Origin: an uncultured virus (IMG/VR IMGVR_UViG_3300009551_000011)
Taxonomy: Duplodnaviria > Heunggongvirae > Uroviricota > Caudoviricetes
IMG/VR virus record: IMGVR_UViG_3300009551_000011
Length of the DNA: 64,000 bases
Strand: one strand, 5' to 3'
The translations under genes were made by a program, and so were the position numbers. The notes under the pieces are model-generated. The model did no database searches and was not told where the DNA came from. It was given only the letters and a program-made list of their open reading frames with translations. Below, piece after piece: positions 9,170 through 19,707 of the stretch (the stretch's first letter is position 1; each line of letters begins with the position of its first letter).

Positions 9170-12091
9170 ATGGCAAACCCAATCGACCTCGGAACCTTAT
9201 ACGCCAGCATCGAAGTCCGCACCTCTAAATTAGAGCAAAGTGCTAAGCAATCTGTCGGCATCTTCGAGAAAATGTCGGTGGACATTGGCCGCATTTCCGA
9301 GACATTGAACAAGAAACTTGAATTGCAGCAGTCTCAGGCAGTGGCATCGGCAGGTCGCCGGTCCGCTGCTGAATTATCTGCTCGCCAGCGACAATTCGAC
9401 GATTTTGCCAAAACAGCAGGCCGAAGTATGCAGGTAGCGGGTGCTGCAATATCGGTTCCTCTAGGCATTGCAATAAATAAGGCCGCCGAGTTTGATCAGT
9501 CCATGAGAAACACGAACTCATTACTGAAATTAAACGAAGCCGGTTTCCAGGATCTTAAAAAGTCGGTAATGGGCGTTGTCGATGATCCAAAGATTCGGCA
9601 AGGGCCAATCGACCTTGCAAAGGGAATGTACGACATCGCCTCATCCGGGTTTACAGGACAGAAGGCCCTCGATATCCTGCGTCAGTCCGCCTATGGCGCG
9701 TCAGCTGGCATGACGGACACGGCTACCAGTTCACGGGCATTAATGGCGGTTTTGAACTCTGGGATCGGGGGAGTGAAAGACGCACGGGAGGCCATGGACG
9801 TGCTCTTCAGAGCCGTAGACCGTGGTGTTTTCTCATTCTCGGATTTAGCAAACAACATCGGCGATGTTCTCCCGACAGCCAAGATCATGAAGGTCAACAT
9901 CCAGGAGATTACAGCCGCCTACGCTGTCATGACCAAGCAGGGATTGAATGTAGCGGAGGCCCAAACGGCCCTAAATAACCTCTTGATTCATGTGGCCAAA
10001 CCGTCCAAAGAAGCTAAGGAGTTAATGGATGAACTTGGTATTTCATATGGCGTTACTGCCATGGAAGGTAAAGGGCTTTCCGGCTGGCTCCAAGAGGTTA
10101 TAGACAAAACCCACGGCAATACGCAAGCCATGATCAAACTTATGCCTGAAATGCGAGGCATGAAGGGTGAACTCCTGCTTGCTGGTGACGGGCTTAAATC
10201 GTACCGTGAGGAATTAGCTGCAGCATCGACCGCAACAGACGGATTGGGGGCAACTCAGGCAGCGTTAACCGAGCAAAACAAAGGTGCCCAGGCGCAGTTC
10301 GAGATGCTCAAAAAAGAGATTGAAAAGCTGAGCATAGATATCGGAAATAAATTACTGCCTGCCTTTAGGGACGTATTGACGCATGTTAAGAGCGCAGTAG
10401 AAAGATTTGACGATTTACCGGATAGCATCAAGGGGGCAACAGTTGAACTTGCTGCATTCGGCGCAGTAGCCCTGACCGTAGGGGGCTCCATTCTCACATT
10501 GATTGTGAGACTGAAAGAACTGGCAGCGCTTCCAATAGCTGGAAGATTGCTAGGTATCGGTGGTGGAGCAACAGCGGTTATTGCTACTGGCAAAATGATT
10601 TACGATATGGCGAGTGACCCTACAAGCCCGTCCGTGCAGGGGTTTGGAGCTCTTGGAGGTAGTGCAGGTGGTCAGGGCTATTATGCGTTACAGGAGAAAC
10701 TAAAAAAGCAGTACATCCTAGACGATATCATAAGAAGCGGTTCGGGGGATATGGCCGAACAACGCATGCTTAGAGATCGCGTTGCGCCTGCTGCTGTAGG
10801 AGCAGTGCGGCCTATTAAAAAAACGCCTGCTCCCATAGACCAAGATGCCATAGACGAAGCGCGTAACAAGGCAAAGGACATCGCTACCGCCAACCGCGAA
10901 GCCGCAATCGAAGCCCTTCGGCTGTCAGAAGACGCCAACAAGAAACGCACCGCCGCCGAGATGGCCGCCGCAGACGAATACAAGCGGATGATTAATGAGA
11001 GCGGGGTCGAGCAAGTCACCGCGTTCAAAGTCTACCAGGCCAAAATGCAGGAGGCTTACAAAGAGTGGCATGATACCGTTGTTGCCGCTGGGGTGAAAGC
11101 TTACGAGGCCGAGACTGAAGCCATTGAGAAGGCGACAAAAGCACGAGACGACGCGGCAAATGCCATCACCGACCCTGACGAGTTCAAGAAACAAATCGAG
11201 GCCAATGCTCCCGCAATGCTCGCGGATGCGTTCAGGATAATTACTGAAGAAACTCAGCGCCAAGCTTTTGAGGAGTTCGACAAAACCCAAGCATTTAACG
11301 AGGTCGGACGGCAATACGCAGACCACATCCTTGAAGGCCTGCAGGCAGTGCTTGATAACATCCCATTGGAAGACTTGCCACCGGTTTATGACACCATTGA
11401 CGCATTGCTGAAAAAGGGCGTGGACGCAATCGGGTACGCCAAGGCTGGTAATCAAGTCGACTCAATGAAGCCGGTGAAAGACAAGATCAACTACACGAAA
11501 GAGCTTTTAAAGGGGCTGCAGCGGGATGCATCCCAGGTATTCGCCGGATTGTTTGAAGACCTCTTAAACGGCAGCAAGAACCCGTTTGATAGCTTTGCAA
11601 AAGCCTTCAAGAACATGCTGATTCGGATGACGGCCGAATTGGCCGCGTCTAAGCTCATGGAGATGATGAACGGGTTAGTATCCGGCAGAGGCGGAAAGAT
11701 GCCATGGGATGAGAAAATGCCTGGCATATCAGGCGGTGGTGGTGGCATTGGCGGAACGCTAGGCGGCTTAATAGGCGCATCCGCAGGCGGACCGCTCGGA
11801 GGGCTGATAGGCGGAGCCCTTGGCGGCATCCTCGGCTTCGCTGACGGCGGCCGCCCACCCGTCGGCCGCTTCTCGCTCGTCGGCGAGCGAGGCCCGGAGC
11901 TCGTCAAGTTTGACCGACCGGCGACTGTCTACCCGAATGGGGTTATGCCTACTGGTGTTGATAGTTTGGGTGGCGGACAACACTTCCACGGCGATATTCA
12001 CGTCCACGGTGTGCAGAATGTGGCTGAGCTATGGCGGCAGTTAGGCGAGCACGGTCGGCGGATGGATCGATTCCGAAGGGGTAGCGGCTAA
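9170..12091 (+). CDS. tail tape measure protein (TP901-type core)
   Basis: 973 aa, Ala-rich and helical; EFDQSMRN...IASSG core; C-terminal FADGGRPP..SLVGERGPEL motif. Confidence 0.93.
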   Translation: MANPIDLGTLYASIEVRTSKLEQSAKQSVGIFEKMSVDIGRISETLNKKLELQQSQAVASAGRRSAAELSARQRQFDDFAKTAGRSMQVAGAAISVPLGIAINKAAEFDQSMRNTNSLLKLNEAGFQDLKKSVMGVVDDPKIRQGPIDLAKGMYDIASSGFTGQKALDILRQSAYGASAGMTDTATSSRALMAVLNSGIGGVKDAREAMDVLFRAVDRGVFSFSDLANNIGDVLPTAKIMKVNIQEITAAYAVMTKQGLNVAEAQTALNNLLIHVAKPSKEAKELMDELGISYGVTAMEGKGLSGWLQEVIDKTHGNTQAMIKLMPEMRGMKGELLLAGDGLKSYREELAAASTATDGLGATQAALTEQNKGAQAQFEMLKKEIEKLSIDIGNKLLPAFRDVLTHVKSAVERFDDLPDSIKGATVELAAFGAVALTVGGSILTLIVRLKELAALPIAGRLLGIGGGATAVIATGKMIYDMASDPTSPSVQGFGALGGSAGGQGYYALQEKLKKQYILDDIIRSGSGDMAEQRMLRDRVAPAAVGAVRPIKKTPAPIDQDAIDEARNKAKDIATANREAAIEALRLSEDANKKRTAAEMAAADEYKRMINESGVEQVTAFKVYQAKMQEAYKEWHDTVVAAGVKAYEAETEAIEKATKARDDAANAITDPDEFKKQIEANAPAMLADAFRIITEETQRQAFEEFDKTQAFNEVGRQYADHILEGLQAVLDNIPLEDLPPVYDTIDALLKKGVDAIGYAKAGNQVDSMKPVKDKINYTKELLKGLQRDASQVFAGLFEDLLNGSKNPFDSFAKAFKNMLIRMTAELAASKLMEMMNGLVSGRGGKMPWDEKMPGISGGGGGIGGTLGGLIGASAGGPLGGLIGGALGGILGFADGGRPPVGRFSLVGERGPELVKFDRPATVYPNGVMPTGVDSLGGGQHFHGDIHVHGVQNVAELWRQLGEHGRRMDRFRRGSG

Positions 12092-13278
12092 TGGCCAACC
12101 GTCTCCTCCAATTTGGTACCTATACGTTCCCCTCTGGCTGGAAGGTGGTAGAGGACGCAAATACCCGCGTAGTTCCCAGCCAGAAGCTTGCGCGGCAGGA
12201 TGGAGCGCGCGTCCAACAAGGGTATATGGACGCCAAGCAGATTACTGTTCAGGGAAGCTTTATCAAAGGTCCGCTTTCACGAAACAACGACGTCCGCGCC
12301 CTTCTGGATGGCTTGCACCTCGCTCTGGAGCAAGGCCCTGCCAATCTCTATCTTTACGAAGACCGATATTATCGAAATATGCAGGCGGTGGAGTTCCCAG
12401 ACACCTACTCAGAAACAGGCTTCAATCGCCACGCGGACACGAGGGTCAGATTCATTGGGCCTGAACCCTTCTCAGTCTCTACCATCAATAGCTCGGACAC
12501 ATGGACGAATCCAGGCGGCGGGCAGTCTCACCTCATTGCAGTTGAAGGCTCTGTTCCGGTTCCGCCTGTTTTCACGATCACGTTGTCAGGTAGCGGGGCG
12601 GTCGATGTAAACATAACGGTTACTAACTCTACGACCGGCGAATCGTTCGTGATCGTCACCGATGACACGACCGGGCAACTGCATGGCGGCGATGTGATCG
12701 TGGTGGATACTGAGGCCCAGACGATTACTGTCAACGGCGTTCTTATGATGGGGCTGTTTGATGGCCAATGGTTCACGCTTGCCCCTGGCCAGATAAACCA
12801 GATTGACCTCACGATTACCGGCGAAACGATTCCTGGACAGGTTATCCCGAACACTGCAGCGTTCAACCTCAATCAGGCAAACGGATGGAGCCAGAACCTA
12901 ACGCTTGTGGCACCATCGATCACCCCTGTCGCTGGCGAGTGGCAAGTGGTGGCCATATACACTACTTCGGCTGTTTCGCATCTTGTGATTTCGACTGCCG
13001 GCGGCACTCATCCCATCTCCTTGAACGATGTACCAGCCTATATTGGCGGGGAGCACGTCTACGGCAGAGTCAAGGCTGCATCCGGTGCGCAGGTGTCGGA
13101 TATCGCAGGGGCGGTTGGCACGTTCACAGTCCAGGTGTCGGCAGTCTTTACCGGTTCTCACAGCAATTCGGACATCATTTCAGGTGGAATAAATGACCTG
13201 GTACTCGCGCTCTATGCGAGCGGCGGCGGCGCGACAATCTCAAGCTTTGTGACTTCATGGAATGCGAGGTACAGATAG
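12091..13278 (+). CDS. distal tail protein (Dit) with insertion
   Basis: follows the tape measure gene; PEPF, VDTEAQTITVNG, WFTLAPGQIN and terminal W..RY motifs. Confidence 0.7.
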   Translation: MANRLLQFGTYTFPSGWKVVEDANTRVVPSQKLARQDGARVQQGYMDAKQITVQGSFIKGPLSRNNDVRALLDGLHLALEQGPANLYLYEDRYYRNMQAVEFPDTYSETGFNRHADTRVRFIGPEPFSVSTINSSDTWTNPGGGQSHLIAVEGSVPVPPVFTITLSGSGAVDVNITVTNSTTGESFVIVTDDTTGQLHGGDVIVVDTEAQTITVNGVLMMGLFDGQWFTLAPGQINQIDLTITGETIPGQVIPNTAAFNLNQANGWSQNLTLVAPSITPVAGEWQVVAIYTTSAVSHLVISTAGGTHPISLNDVPAYIGGEHVYGRVKAASGAQVSDIAGAVGTFTVQVSAVFTGSHSNSDIISGGINDLVLALYASGGGATISSFVTSWNARYR

Positions 13279-13869
13279 ATGTCGGAGCAACTAAGAGACT
13301 TCCTCGCAATCACAACGTTGGCGGTGGCCATTACATCGGGCGCGACCACGCTGACGGTCAATTCTGCGGCCAACTTCCCGAGCTCCGGGACGTTCGACGT
13401 CCGGATTGATGATGAGATACTGACTGTAACCAACGTTTCTGGTTCTATCTTCACAGTTACGCGAGCTGCAGGCACACCATCGACAACCGCCGCAGCACAT
13501 GCGGGTAATGCTGTGGTTCGAATGGTGCTCACCAAGCGCCAACTCGAATCCCTGATGACTACCTTGTTCGCCAATAACCAGACAGGTACGAGTTATACGC
13601 TTGTGCTGGGGGATGCCGGCTTGGTAGTTGAATGCAACAATGGAAGTGCGGTAACGCTCACGGTCCCGCCTAACTCGTCTGTTGCATTCCCTGTTGGCAC
13701 CGTTCTTGAAGTCTTTCAACAGGGAGCCGGACAGGTAACTATTACGGCCGGTGTCGGTGTAACGATTCGGAGTCGGAATGGACTGAAACTCGCAGGGCAG
13801 TACGCAGTCGCCTCGCTCCGGAAGCGCGCAACCGATGAATGGGTCTGCGCTGGGGATACAACAACCTAA
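13279..13869 (+). CDS. minor tail/fibre protein
   Basis: Thr/Ala-rich; YTLVLGDAG..TVPPNSSVAFPVGT..QGAGQVTI and W..AGD pattern of fibre C-terminal domains. Confidence 0.65.
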   Translation: MSEQLRDFLAITTLAVAITSGATTLTVNSAANFPSSGTFDVRIDDEILTVTNVSGSIFTVTRAAGTPSTTAAAHAGNAVVRMVLTKRQLESLMTTLFANNQTGTSYTLVLGDAGLVVECNNGSAVTLTVPPNSSVAFPVGTVLEVFQQGAGQVTITAGVGVTIRSRNGLKLAGQYAVASLRKRATDEWVCAGDTTT

Positions 13870-14603
13870 TGCCGCCACCAATCGCAGCTCAAAGGCGCGT
13901 GTTGCGTCCGGCTTCCGGAATTACGATTCCGACTCCAACCCTCTTCTTTAACTGCAATGAAGGAAGCGGAAATCTCCTTGAAACAGTTAGTAGCCTGGAC
14001 ATGACCGACTTCAATACGGTGGGGGCGACTACTGGTATCGTCAGCGGTTGCCGATCCTTTATTCGCACCAATTCCGAATGCTTCTTTCGCGCATCCGATA
14101 ATGCAGCATTTCAACTTCAATCCACAGGTTCGATTGTATTATGGGTCTACGTTACAAGCTCGACGGGAGTCCAATATTTTGTAGCTAGGGACAAGAACAA
14201 CTCTGGTGGAGATTATCACATATGGTTTGATTCTTCTGGAAACACTCTAAAATTCAACTATAGATACCTAACCACCAATTACTTCACTATCACCATAGCA
14301 TCAGGAATATCGACCGGAACATGGTACTGCATTGGAGTGAAGTGGGATGGCGTCAATATTTACTCGTCTCTAAACGGAGCCGCGTGGGGAGGAGCGGTTT
14401 CTGCAATAGTTGCCCCTATTACTGATGCTACATTCACGCCCATTTTCGGCGGACGAAGAGTCACGGGCTCTCTCGGCGATTGTGTCAACGGGCGCATGGA
14501 CATCATCTCGTTTTTCAACGGAATATTACTTACTGACGCGCAAATCAGCCAATTTTATAATAGCGGGTCCGGCAAAGAATATTCGGGCGGTGTATGGAGT
14601 TGA
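13869..14603 (+). CDS. LamG/concanavalin-like domain tail protein
   Basis: SIVLWV, TGTWYCIGVKWDG, NGRMD and LTDAQISQFYNSG motifs. Confidence 0.7.
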   Translation: MPPPIAAQRRVLRPASGITIPTPTLFFNCNEGSGNLLETVSSLDMTDFNTVGATTGIVSGCRSFIRTNSECFFRASDNAAFQLQSTGSIVLWVYVTSSTGVQYFVARDKNNSGGDYHIWFDSSGNTLKFNYRYLTTNYFTITIASGISTGTWYCIGVKWDGVNIYSSLNGAAWGGAVSAIVAPITDATFTPIFGGRRVTGSLGDCVNGRMDIISFFNGILLTDAQISQFYNSGSGKEYSGGVWS

Positions 14604-16861
14604 CCACAAACACAATCGGACAACTCGGTCACGTCTATGCTCAACTCGGCAGCTTCGTGCTTGGCGGCACGGATGACGATAACGCGTCTACTGTCCCCTC
14701 TTCATCTTCAAGCACGACCAAAGAGTTTCGCCTTTACTCTCCGACTGACGGCGTCTTTAAGCGTACATTCTTTCCCGAAACATGGATTGACCAGCTGGAT
14801 TTTGAGATCGAGGAGCGCGGAGGCTGCGGGAAAGGCACGGCCCATGCGCTTGTGACGTGGGAAGAAATGACGCTCGTCGGGGGTGAGAGGATGGACGTGT
14901 ACCTCTTCGGCACTCTTGTCTACCGCGGATTCGTTCGCATCCCTCATATCTCTGTCGGTTCAAGGCAGGAAGCAAGAATCCAATTCGGCGGACATATGGA
15001 GACGGTGAGCTATTATCAGGCCCATTGTCGGTATGCCTATGGAGCGCCGGTAGACCTTTCGGTAATCGCGGCCGAGATCATTAACGACCATGTAAAGGTA
15101 GCAGGGAGGCTTCCCGATCTTGTTTTGGATATGCAGATGATCGGGGTCACCGCCGATAGGTTCGATTCGACAGGGAAGGACGTTGCCCAGGCGCTTAACG
15201 CCCTTTGTGACCTCGCACCAGGTCAAGCAATCTGGGGATTTGACGTAGATGAAAGCGGGAATGATCGCGCGTACATCCGTCCTAAATCCACTGCAATCAC
15301 CCATCGCTACAGCATCGGCGGAAATGCTGTTTCTTTCGATTACCCGAAGGACCTAAGCGAGATCGTTAATCGTCTCTATCTCAAGGGCGGAAAGGTCATT
15401 CAGCCGAACTTGCTGACTGATGGTTCATTCGAAAACCCGCTACCTAATAGCGAGACGAATGGAAATCTGCTCGGTGACTATTCCTTTGAGGCTGGATCCG
15501 GAGGCGCTACTTTAGGAGGCGGCGCCACACGCAAAGGCCCAGGCGACCACGGAGGAGCGCGAACCGGAAGCTATTGGGCGGAACTCGATTCCAATGGGGA
15601 ATCCGCAACATGGACCGAGCCAGTAGATCACAGCATTCCACTGGTTGCGAGCTTTTGGGCGCGGCGTGAAGACAATGCGATTGCCCGGCAGGTGCGTGGG
15701 GTTGTTGATGGCCTCGACGCAGGCAACAACGTAGTCGTCACTTACTATGTGCCCTCCGCCGGATACAGCGACCCTGGCAGCGATATCTACGTCCGATACC
15801 AGAACGATGAGATCGACTTCACCTCCTATCCGACCGTCACCCAGGCGAGGGTTAAAATCGAGACGAATGGTGGCACCTCATCTGATGATGGAATCGACGT
15901 CGACGACGTGGCGCTTTACGAACGCGCTGGCAGCCCTGGTGCATGGACCTACACATTAGCCGGTTCCGCCACCCGTGCTCAGCTTAACTGGATGCAGCGC
16001 ACTCTGCCCAATGGCGACACGGAGCCTTTTCACGGTTGTTATTGCGTGCTGGTAGAGGCGGCCAACATTTCGACCGGTTCCGATTATCTGGAGATCGTTA
16101 CTGCTGACACCTCGCGAATCTCAGTCCGTCCTAACAATCCGTACACGTTCATCGTGTTTCTTCGGGGAGCCAATCTATCAGATGCTTATTCAGTCGAGTT
16201 AGTGATTCGCGAATACGATTCAAGTAACACGCTTCAACACACGAATGTGGGTTCTGCGGTAACGGCTACCAGTATCGCATGGACCGCTACTCAATATGCT
16301 GTGCAAACCGCTCCTGACACCGCGACAATTAGCGTAGCCGTTCGGATAATCAACAACAATCCCGTCTATATTGATGCGGCTTTCCTCGCCTATGGGACCG
16401 CGCCGGCTGAACTCTTCGGAACAAATGGAGCGGGCGGATATTGGGAAGGCGATACATACGAGCGCGTTTGTGATGTGGAGAATGCTTCTCTCTCTGGACT
16501 GAGTGCTGACGCCCTGACCAGTATTGCCACGTATGGAGAGCATGAGCAGGCGGTAGAGGTGAATTCTGTTGTAGACTGGGAGACAGCTAAGCCCTACTTC
16601 TCCGACTACTTCAATGCGCATGCCTCACCATCGACCCGCGCATCATTGCAAGTTTGGCCGACTTCAGCAGATGAGCTTTTGACTTGTGACGGAAAGGTTA
16701 AAGTGCTGAATCTGCCAGACCGAATCGACGGACTCTTTCCGAGTAGGATTCAATACAGCATATCGAATCAGGTGGAGTTCACGGCAGAACTTGGCGACAA
16801 TCGGGAGGATGTGAGCGACTTGCTGAAGGTGACAGAAGAGCGGGCAAAACGCGGACTCTAA
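14600..16861 (+). CDS. Tal/central tail protein with inserted carbohydrate-binding modules
   Basis: hub-like N- and C-termini; internal NLLTDGSFE, NLLGDYSFE and DVDDV CBM4/9-like motifs. Confidence 0.65.
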   Translation: MTTNTIGQLGHVYAQLGSFVLGGTDDDNASTVPSSSSSTTKEFRLYSPTDGVFKRTFFPETWIDQLDFEIEERGGCGKGTAHALVTWEEMTLVGGERMDVYLFGTLVYRGFVRIPHISVGSRQEARIQFGGHMETVSYYQAHCRYAYGAPVDLSVIAAEIINDHVKVAGRLPDLVLDMQMIGVTADRFDSTGKDVAQALNALCDLAPGQAIWGFDVDESGNDRAYIRPKSTAITHRYSIGGNAVSFDYPKDLSEIVNRLYLKGGKVIQPNLLTDGSFENPLPNSETNGNLLGDYSFEAGSGGATLGGGATRKGPGDHGGARTGSYWAELDSNGESATWTEPVDHSIPLVASFWARREDNAIARQVRGVVDGLDAGNNVVVTYYVPSAGYSDPGSDIYVRYQNDEIDFTSYPTVTQARVKIETNGGTSSDDGIDVDDVALYERAGSPGAWTYTLAGSATRAQLNWMQRTLPNGDTEPFHGCYCVLVEAANISTGSDYLEIVTADTSRISVRPNNPYTFIVFLRGANLSDAYSVELVIREYDSSNTLQHTNVGSAVTATSIAWTATQYAVQTAPDTATISVAVRIINNNPVYIDAAFLAYGTAPAELFGTNGAGGYWEGDTYERVCDVENASLSGLSADALTSIATYGEHEQAVEVNSVVDWETAKPYFSDYFNAHASPSTRASLQVWPTSADELLTCDGKVKVLNLPDRIDGLFPSRIQYSISNQVEFTAELGDNREDVSDLLKVTEERAKRGL

Positions 16862-16871
16862 ACGAACAGTA

Positions 16872-16900
16872 TTGCAATTCGCCGCTAAACCCGTTAAACT
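16872..16900 (+). promoter_or_regulatory. sigma70-type promoter for the lysis operon (P2)
   Basis: TTGCAA, 17-nt spacer, TAAACT. Confidence 0.65.
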
Positions 16901-16968
16901 GTAGGCATCAGACAACTTTATATCCAGGCAGTAGGTTTTCTACAGCCAGGGCCGTATACGTTTACACC

Positions 16969-17017
16969 GCCCGTTCTCTCCCTTCAGCTTCGGCAGCAGG
17001 GGAAAGGACGGGCTTTT
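16969..17017 (+). terminator. intrinsic terminator/attenuator in the P2 leader
   Basis: GCCCGTTC...GGACGGGC stem followed by TTTT. Confidence 0.7.
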
Positions 17018-17127
17018 GTCGTTTTAAGCGGATTCAGCAGTCCATACGCACCACCCTAGACGGAGATGCACAACCAATGGTCACGCTGTACTGGACAGAT
17101 CGACCGATTAAACGCGGAGTCTGGCAC

Positions 17128-17715
17128 GTGGATGGAAACAGTTCCAGCGGAATAGTTACCGCCATCGCAACAGTCACGGCGGCTGTATTGGGCGCAAGTG
17201 CAGTTATTTGGGCGGCAATCGTAGCCATCAAAGGGAAGCGAATACCAGACGTTACGGCTCTCGAAACCGCGAAGATCGCCGCAAACACCGCGCTTACTGA
17301 GAGGCTGAGCAAGGAGATTGATTCTCTTCACGCCATCCAGGCGCAGCAGGCCAAAGACCTCAAGGAAGCGCGAGACGAGAACTTTGCCACGCAGCGCAAG
17401 ATGCTCGAGCAGGAGGTTGCTTTCACAAAGCAGATTGCCGAGCTCCAAGACGGTACCAGGGCACAGCGCATCCAGTACGAGGAAACGGTCTCCAAGCTTC
17501 AAGACGACATCGTAGACCTGAAGACGGAAAACGAGAATCTTAAAACCAGCAACGCACTTCTCACGAGCGACAATTCCACGTTGCGGGAACAGGTTAGCAC
17601 GCTGCAGAGAAATCTTGAATCGGTTTCAGCGGCGCTTCGTGCAAAAGGCGGTAGCCCTGAGGAAGCGGTAAAAGCTAATCGACGCTCCACTGACAAGAAA
17701 GGATCGGAATCATAA
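17128..17715 (+). CDS. single-TM coiled-coil protein, possibly holin-like
   Basis: N-terminal TM helix and long coiled coil; first gene of the lysis unit; GTG start with GGAG RBS. Confidence 0.55.
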   Translation: MDGNSSSGIVTAIATVTAAVLGASAVIWAAIVAIKGKRIPDVTALETAKIAANTALTERLSKEIDSLHAIQAQQAKDLKEARDENFATQRKMLEQEVAFTKQIAELQDGTRAQRIQYEETVSKLQDDIVDLKTENENLKTSNALLTSDNSTLREQVSTLQRNLESVSAALRAKGGSPEEAVKANRRSTDKKGSES

Positions 17716-17906
17716 TGGCAGATGCAATTTCAACCGCACTTCACATAGTTACCGACATCGCGATTGCCGATGCGAAGATCAGCGCAACGGCAGTTGGTGA
17801 CACCTGCGACATCGACATCGACCCAGGCCTTGATGTTGGATTCGTCCGGCTGAAAGGCAACAAGAAGGTCAGAATTGTCGGGCTTGTGTTGGAGCGGACG
17901 CAGTAA
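17715..17906 (+). CDS. hypothetical protein
   Basis: TAATG coupling to the previous gene. Confidence 0.5.
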   Translation: MADAISTALHIVTDIAIADAKISATAVGDTCDIDIDPGLDVGFVRLKGNKKVRIVGLVLERTQ

Positions 17907-17909
17907 GCC

Positions 17910-18125
17910 TTAAGCGTGATCGTACAGCCAAAATCCAATTTGCTCTTCCGTCATGGCGATTTCACCGGAAGGGTCCAGGATTCGAAGCGGGATGCCGTAA
18001 GAAGCGCCGAACGTGCTCTCGCGGTCATCTGCATCCCAACCGCGAGCGCCTGCAAGAGCTTCTTCTAGCGTGTCGTATTCTTCGCTGATTTCGGCGCCGT
18101 GACTTAGTGTGATGAGTGTGTACAT
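17910..18125 (-). CDS. small acidic hypothetical protein
   Basis: fills the gap exactly; protein-like composition. Confidence 0.5.
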   Translation of the reverse strand: MYTLITLSHGAEISEEYDTLEEALAGARGWDADDRESTFGASYGIPLRILDPSGEIAMTEEQIGFWLYDHA

Positions 18126-18141
18126 AGATGGATTTTAACAC

Positions 18142-18675
18142 ATGAACCCAGCCTTCCGACTCCAACTCCTTGCCGTCGCACAGCACTACGCGAGCGCCGG
18201 CGTCAAGGAGCATGGCGGCAACAATCGCGGTCCGGAGGTTGAACACTTCCTCAGGGTGGTAGACGTTCCGCCGGGTGAGCCGTGGTGCGCTGCAGCGGTT
18301 GTTACGTGGGCATGTGAAGCCTATCTGAAATCAGAAGGCGATTCAACACCGACGGCTGCCGACTTCAAAGGCGCGAAGGTTTGGTTGGGGCTGAACTACT
18401 TCATTCCCTCACCCGCCGTCGCTGCCATTGAAGCCAATGCGAAGAGGCGGGGGATATTCAAGCCTAAGACGTGGACGCCTACGCCGGGCAGTCTGGTGAT
18501 TTACCACTTCCCAACGGGGAATCACATTGGGGTGGTTGACCAGATGGTGGGTAAGACTCTCCACACCATCGAGGGAAACACCGGCAACGGCTCAGACCGA
18601 GACGGTGACGGCGTTTTTCGCAAGAAGCGGGATTTGACGTATGTTGCCGGGTTTGTAGACCTCGGCAATCAGTAG
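18142..18675 (+). CDS. CHAP-domain endolysin
   Basis: NNRGPEV, PWCAA, HIGVV and TIEGNT motifs. Confidence 0.88.
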   Translation: MNPAFRLQLLAVAQHYASAGVKEHGGNNRGPEVEHFLRVVDVPPGEPWCAAAVVTWACEAYLKSEGDSTPTAADFKGAKVWLGLNYFIPSPAVAAIEANAKRRGIFKPKTWTPTPGSLVIYHFPTGNHIGVVDQMVGKTLHTIEGNTGNGSDRDGDGVFRKKRDLTYVAGFVDLGNQ

Positions 18676-18763
18676 CATGTAGTTGATGTGACAAATTCTG
18701 TCACGTTAGTAGTTCGAACTCTTCGAATTTCTCGATCAGTTCATTGTAGCAAGGAGTAAGAAG

Positions 18764-19165
18764 ATGTCCGCGACCAAGACAGTAAAGAAAGCAACCGGTG
18801 TCTATTTGGATACCGGGTTCGGTGAAAATGTTGCCTACTTGCGAGGCCTCGCTCTGATGGTAGGCGATTCGTTGGCAGTTGAAACTAACGAGCGATTCTA
18901 TCAGGTGAACGTTGAAAAACTGAAGGTAACAGGCTTTCAGGGTGAGGTAGGCACTGCTGATATTGAGGCCAGCGGAATCGCCATTAATACCCTGAGCGAG
19001 AACGGCGATCCGATTCCCGGGCTCACGGTCGCAGTTAAGATCGGCCTTGTAAATCAGGATCTCACGCTCAATGTCACAGAGACGCTGAACGACAGCCAGA
19101 CGAAGCTGCCAGAGGCTAAGGCAACTTACAACGGGGTAGTCGGCAGTCTTGTGCGATACGTTTAA
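18764..19165 (+). CDS. hypothetical protein, probably structural
   Basis: strong AAGGAG RBS; beta-rich composition. Confidence 0.6.
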   Translation: MSATKTVKKATGVYLDTGFGENVAYLRGLALMVGDSLAVETNERFYQVNVEKLKVTGFQGEVGTADIEASGIAINTLSENGDPIPGLTVAVKIGLVNQDLTLNVTETLNDSQTKLPEAKATYNGVVGSLVRYV

Positions 19166-19189
19166 GTAGTTCTCAGGAAGGGCGGTTCG

Positions 19190-19705
19190 ATGTCCAATTA
19201 CAACGTAGGCGGAGGGGCAATCAGCGGATACCTAGCAGACAATCCTGCCTACGTTAGCGGCAGCAGTACTGTTCCGTCTCCTAGAGGAACGTTGCCCGCG
19301 CCATACGATACCGGACGCTACACCAATGGCGCATCGTTCACCTATACGATTCCGGCTACCAATGGACCGCACCGTCTTGTATGCTGGCTTGTTGAGAATG
19401 CCGGATATACGACCGGCGGCCGCAAGTTCCATGTAGACGTGAATGGCCAGAGGTGGCTTACGGACCTCGACATCTACAGTGAGGTCGGCGCCAACGTCGC
19501 ACTTCCAAAAACTATAGATACCCAGGCGGTAGGTGGATTCATCACCATAACGATTACACCACACGTTGGAAACGGTATGCTCGCCGCAATTCAGATTGAC
19601 CAGGGGCTTAGTATTTTTGAGCAGATTCTAAACGAACTGCGATTCCAAACGCCACATATTCAACGATTGGCAGACGAGCTGCTGCCGCCACCAATAGGAG
19701 ACTAA
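19190..19705 (+). CDS. malectin-like carbohydrate-binding protein
   Basis: FTYTIP..NG, E....GGRKFHVDVNG...LTDLDIYSEVG..VAL pattern. Confidence 0.75.
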   Translation: MSNYNVGGGAISGYLADNPAYVSGSSTVPSPRGTLPAPYDTGRYTNGASFTYTIPATNGPHRLVCWLVENAGYTTGGRKFHVDVNGQRWLTDLDIYSEVGANVALPKTIDTQAVGGFITITITPHVGNGMLAAIQIDQGLSIFEQILNELRFQTPHIQRLADELLPPPIGD

Positions 19706-19707
19706 AA

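Noticed and set aside
13291..13881. Long antisense ORFs over structural and early genes (e.g. 13291-13881, 10925-11455, 33559-34185, 45274-45891)
   Set aside because: Shadow frames of well-supported genes with no protein motifs
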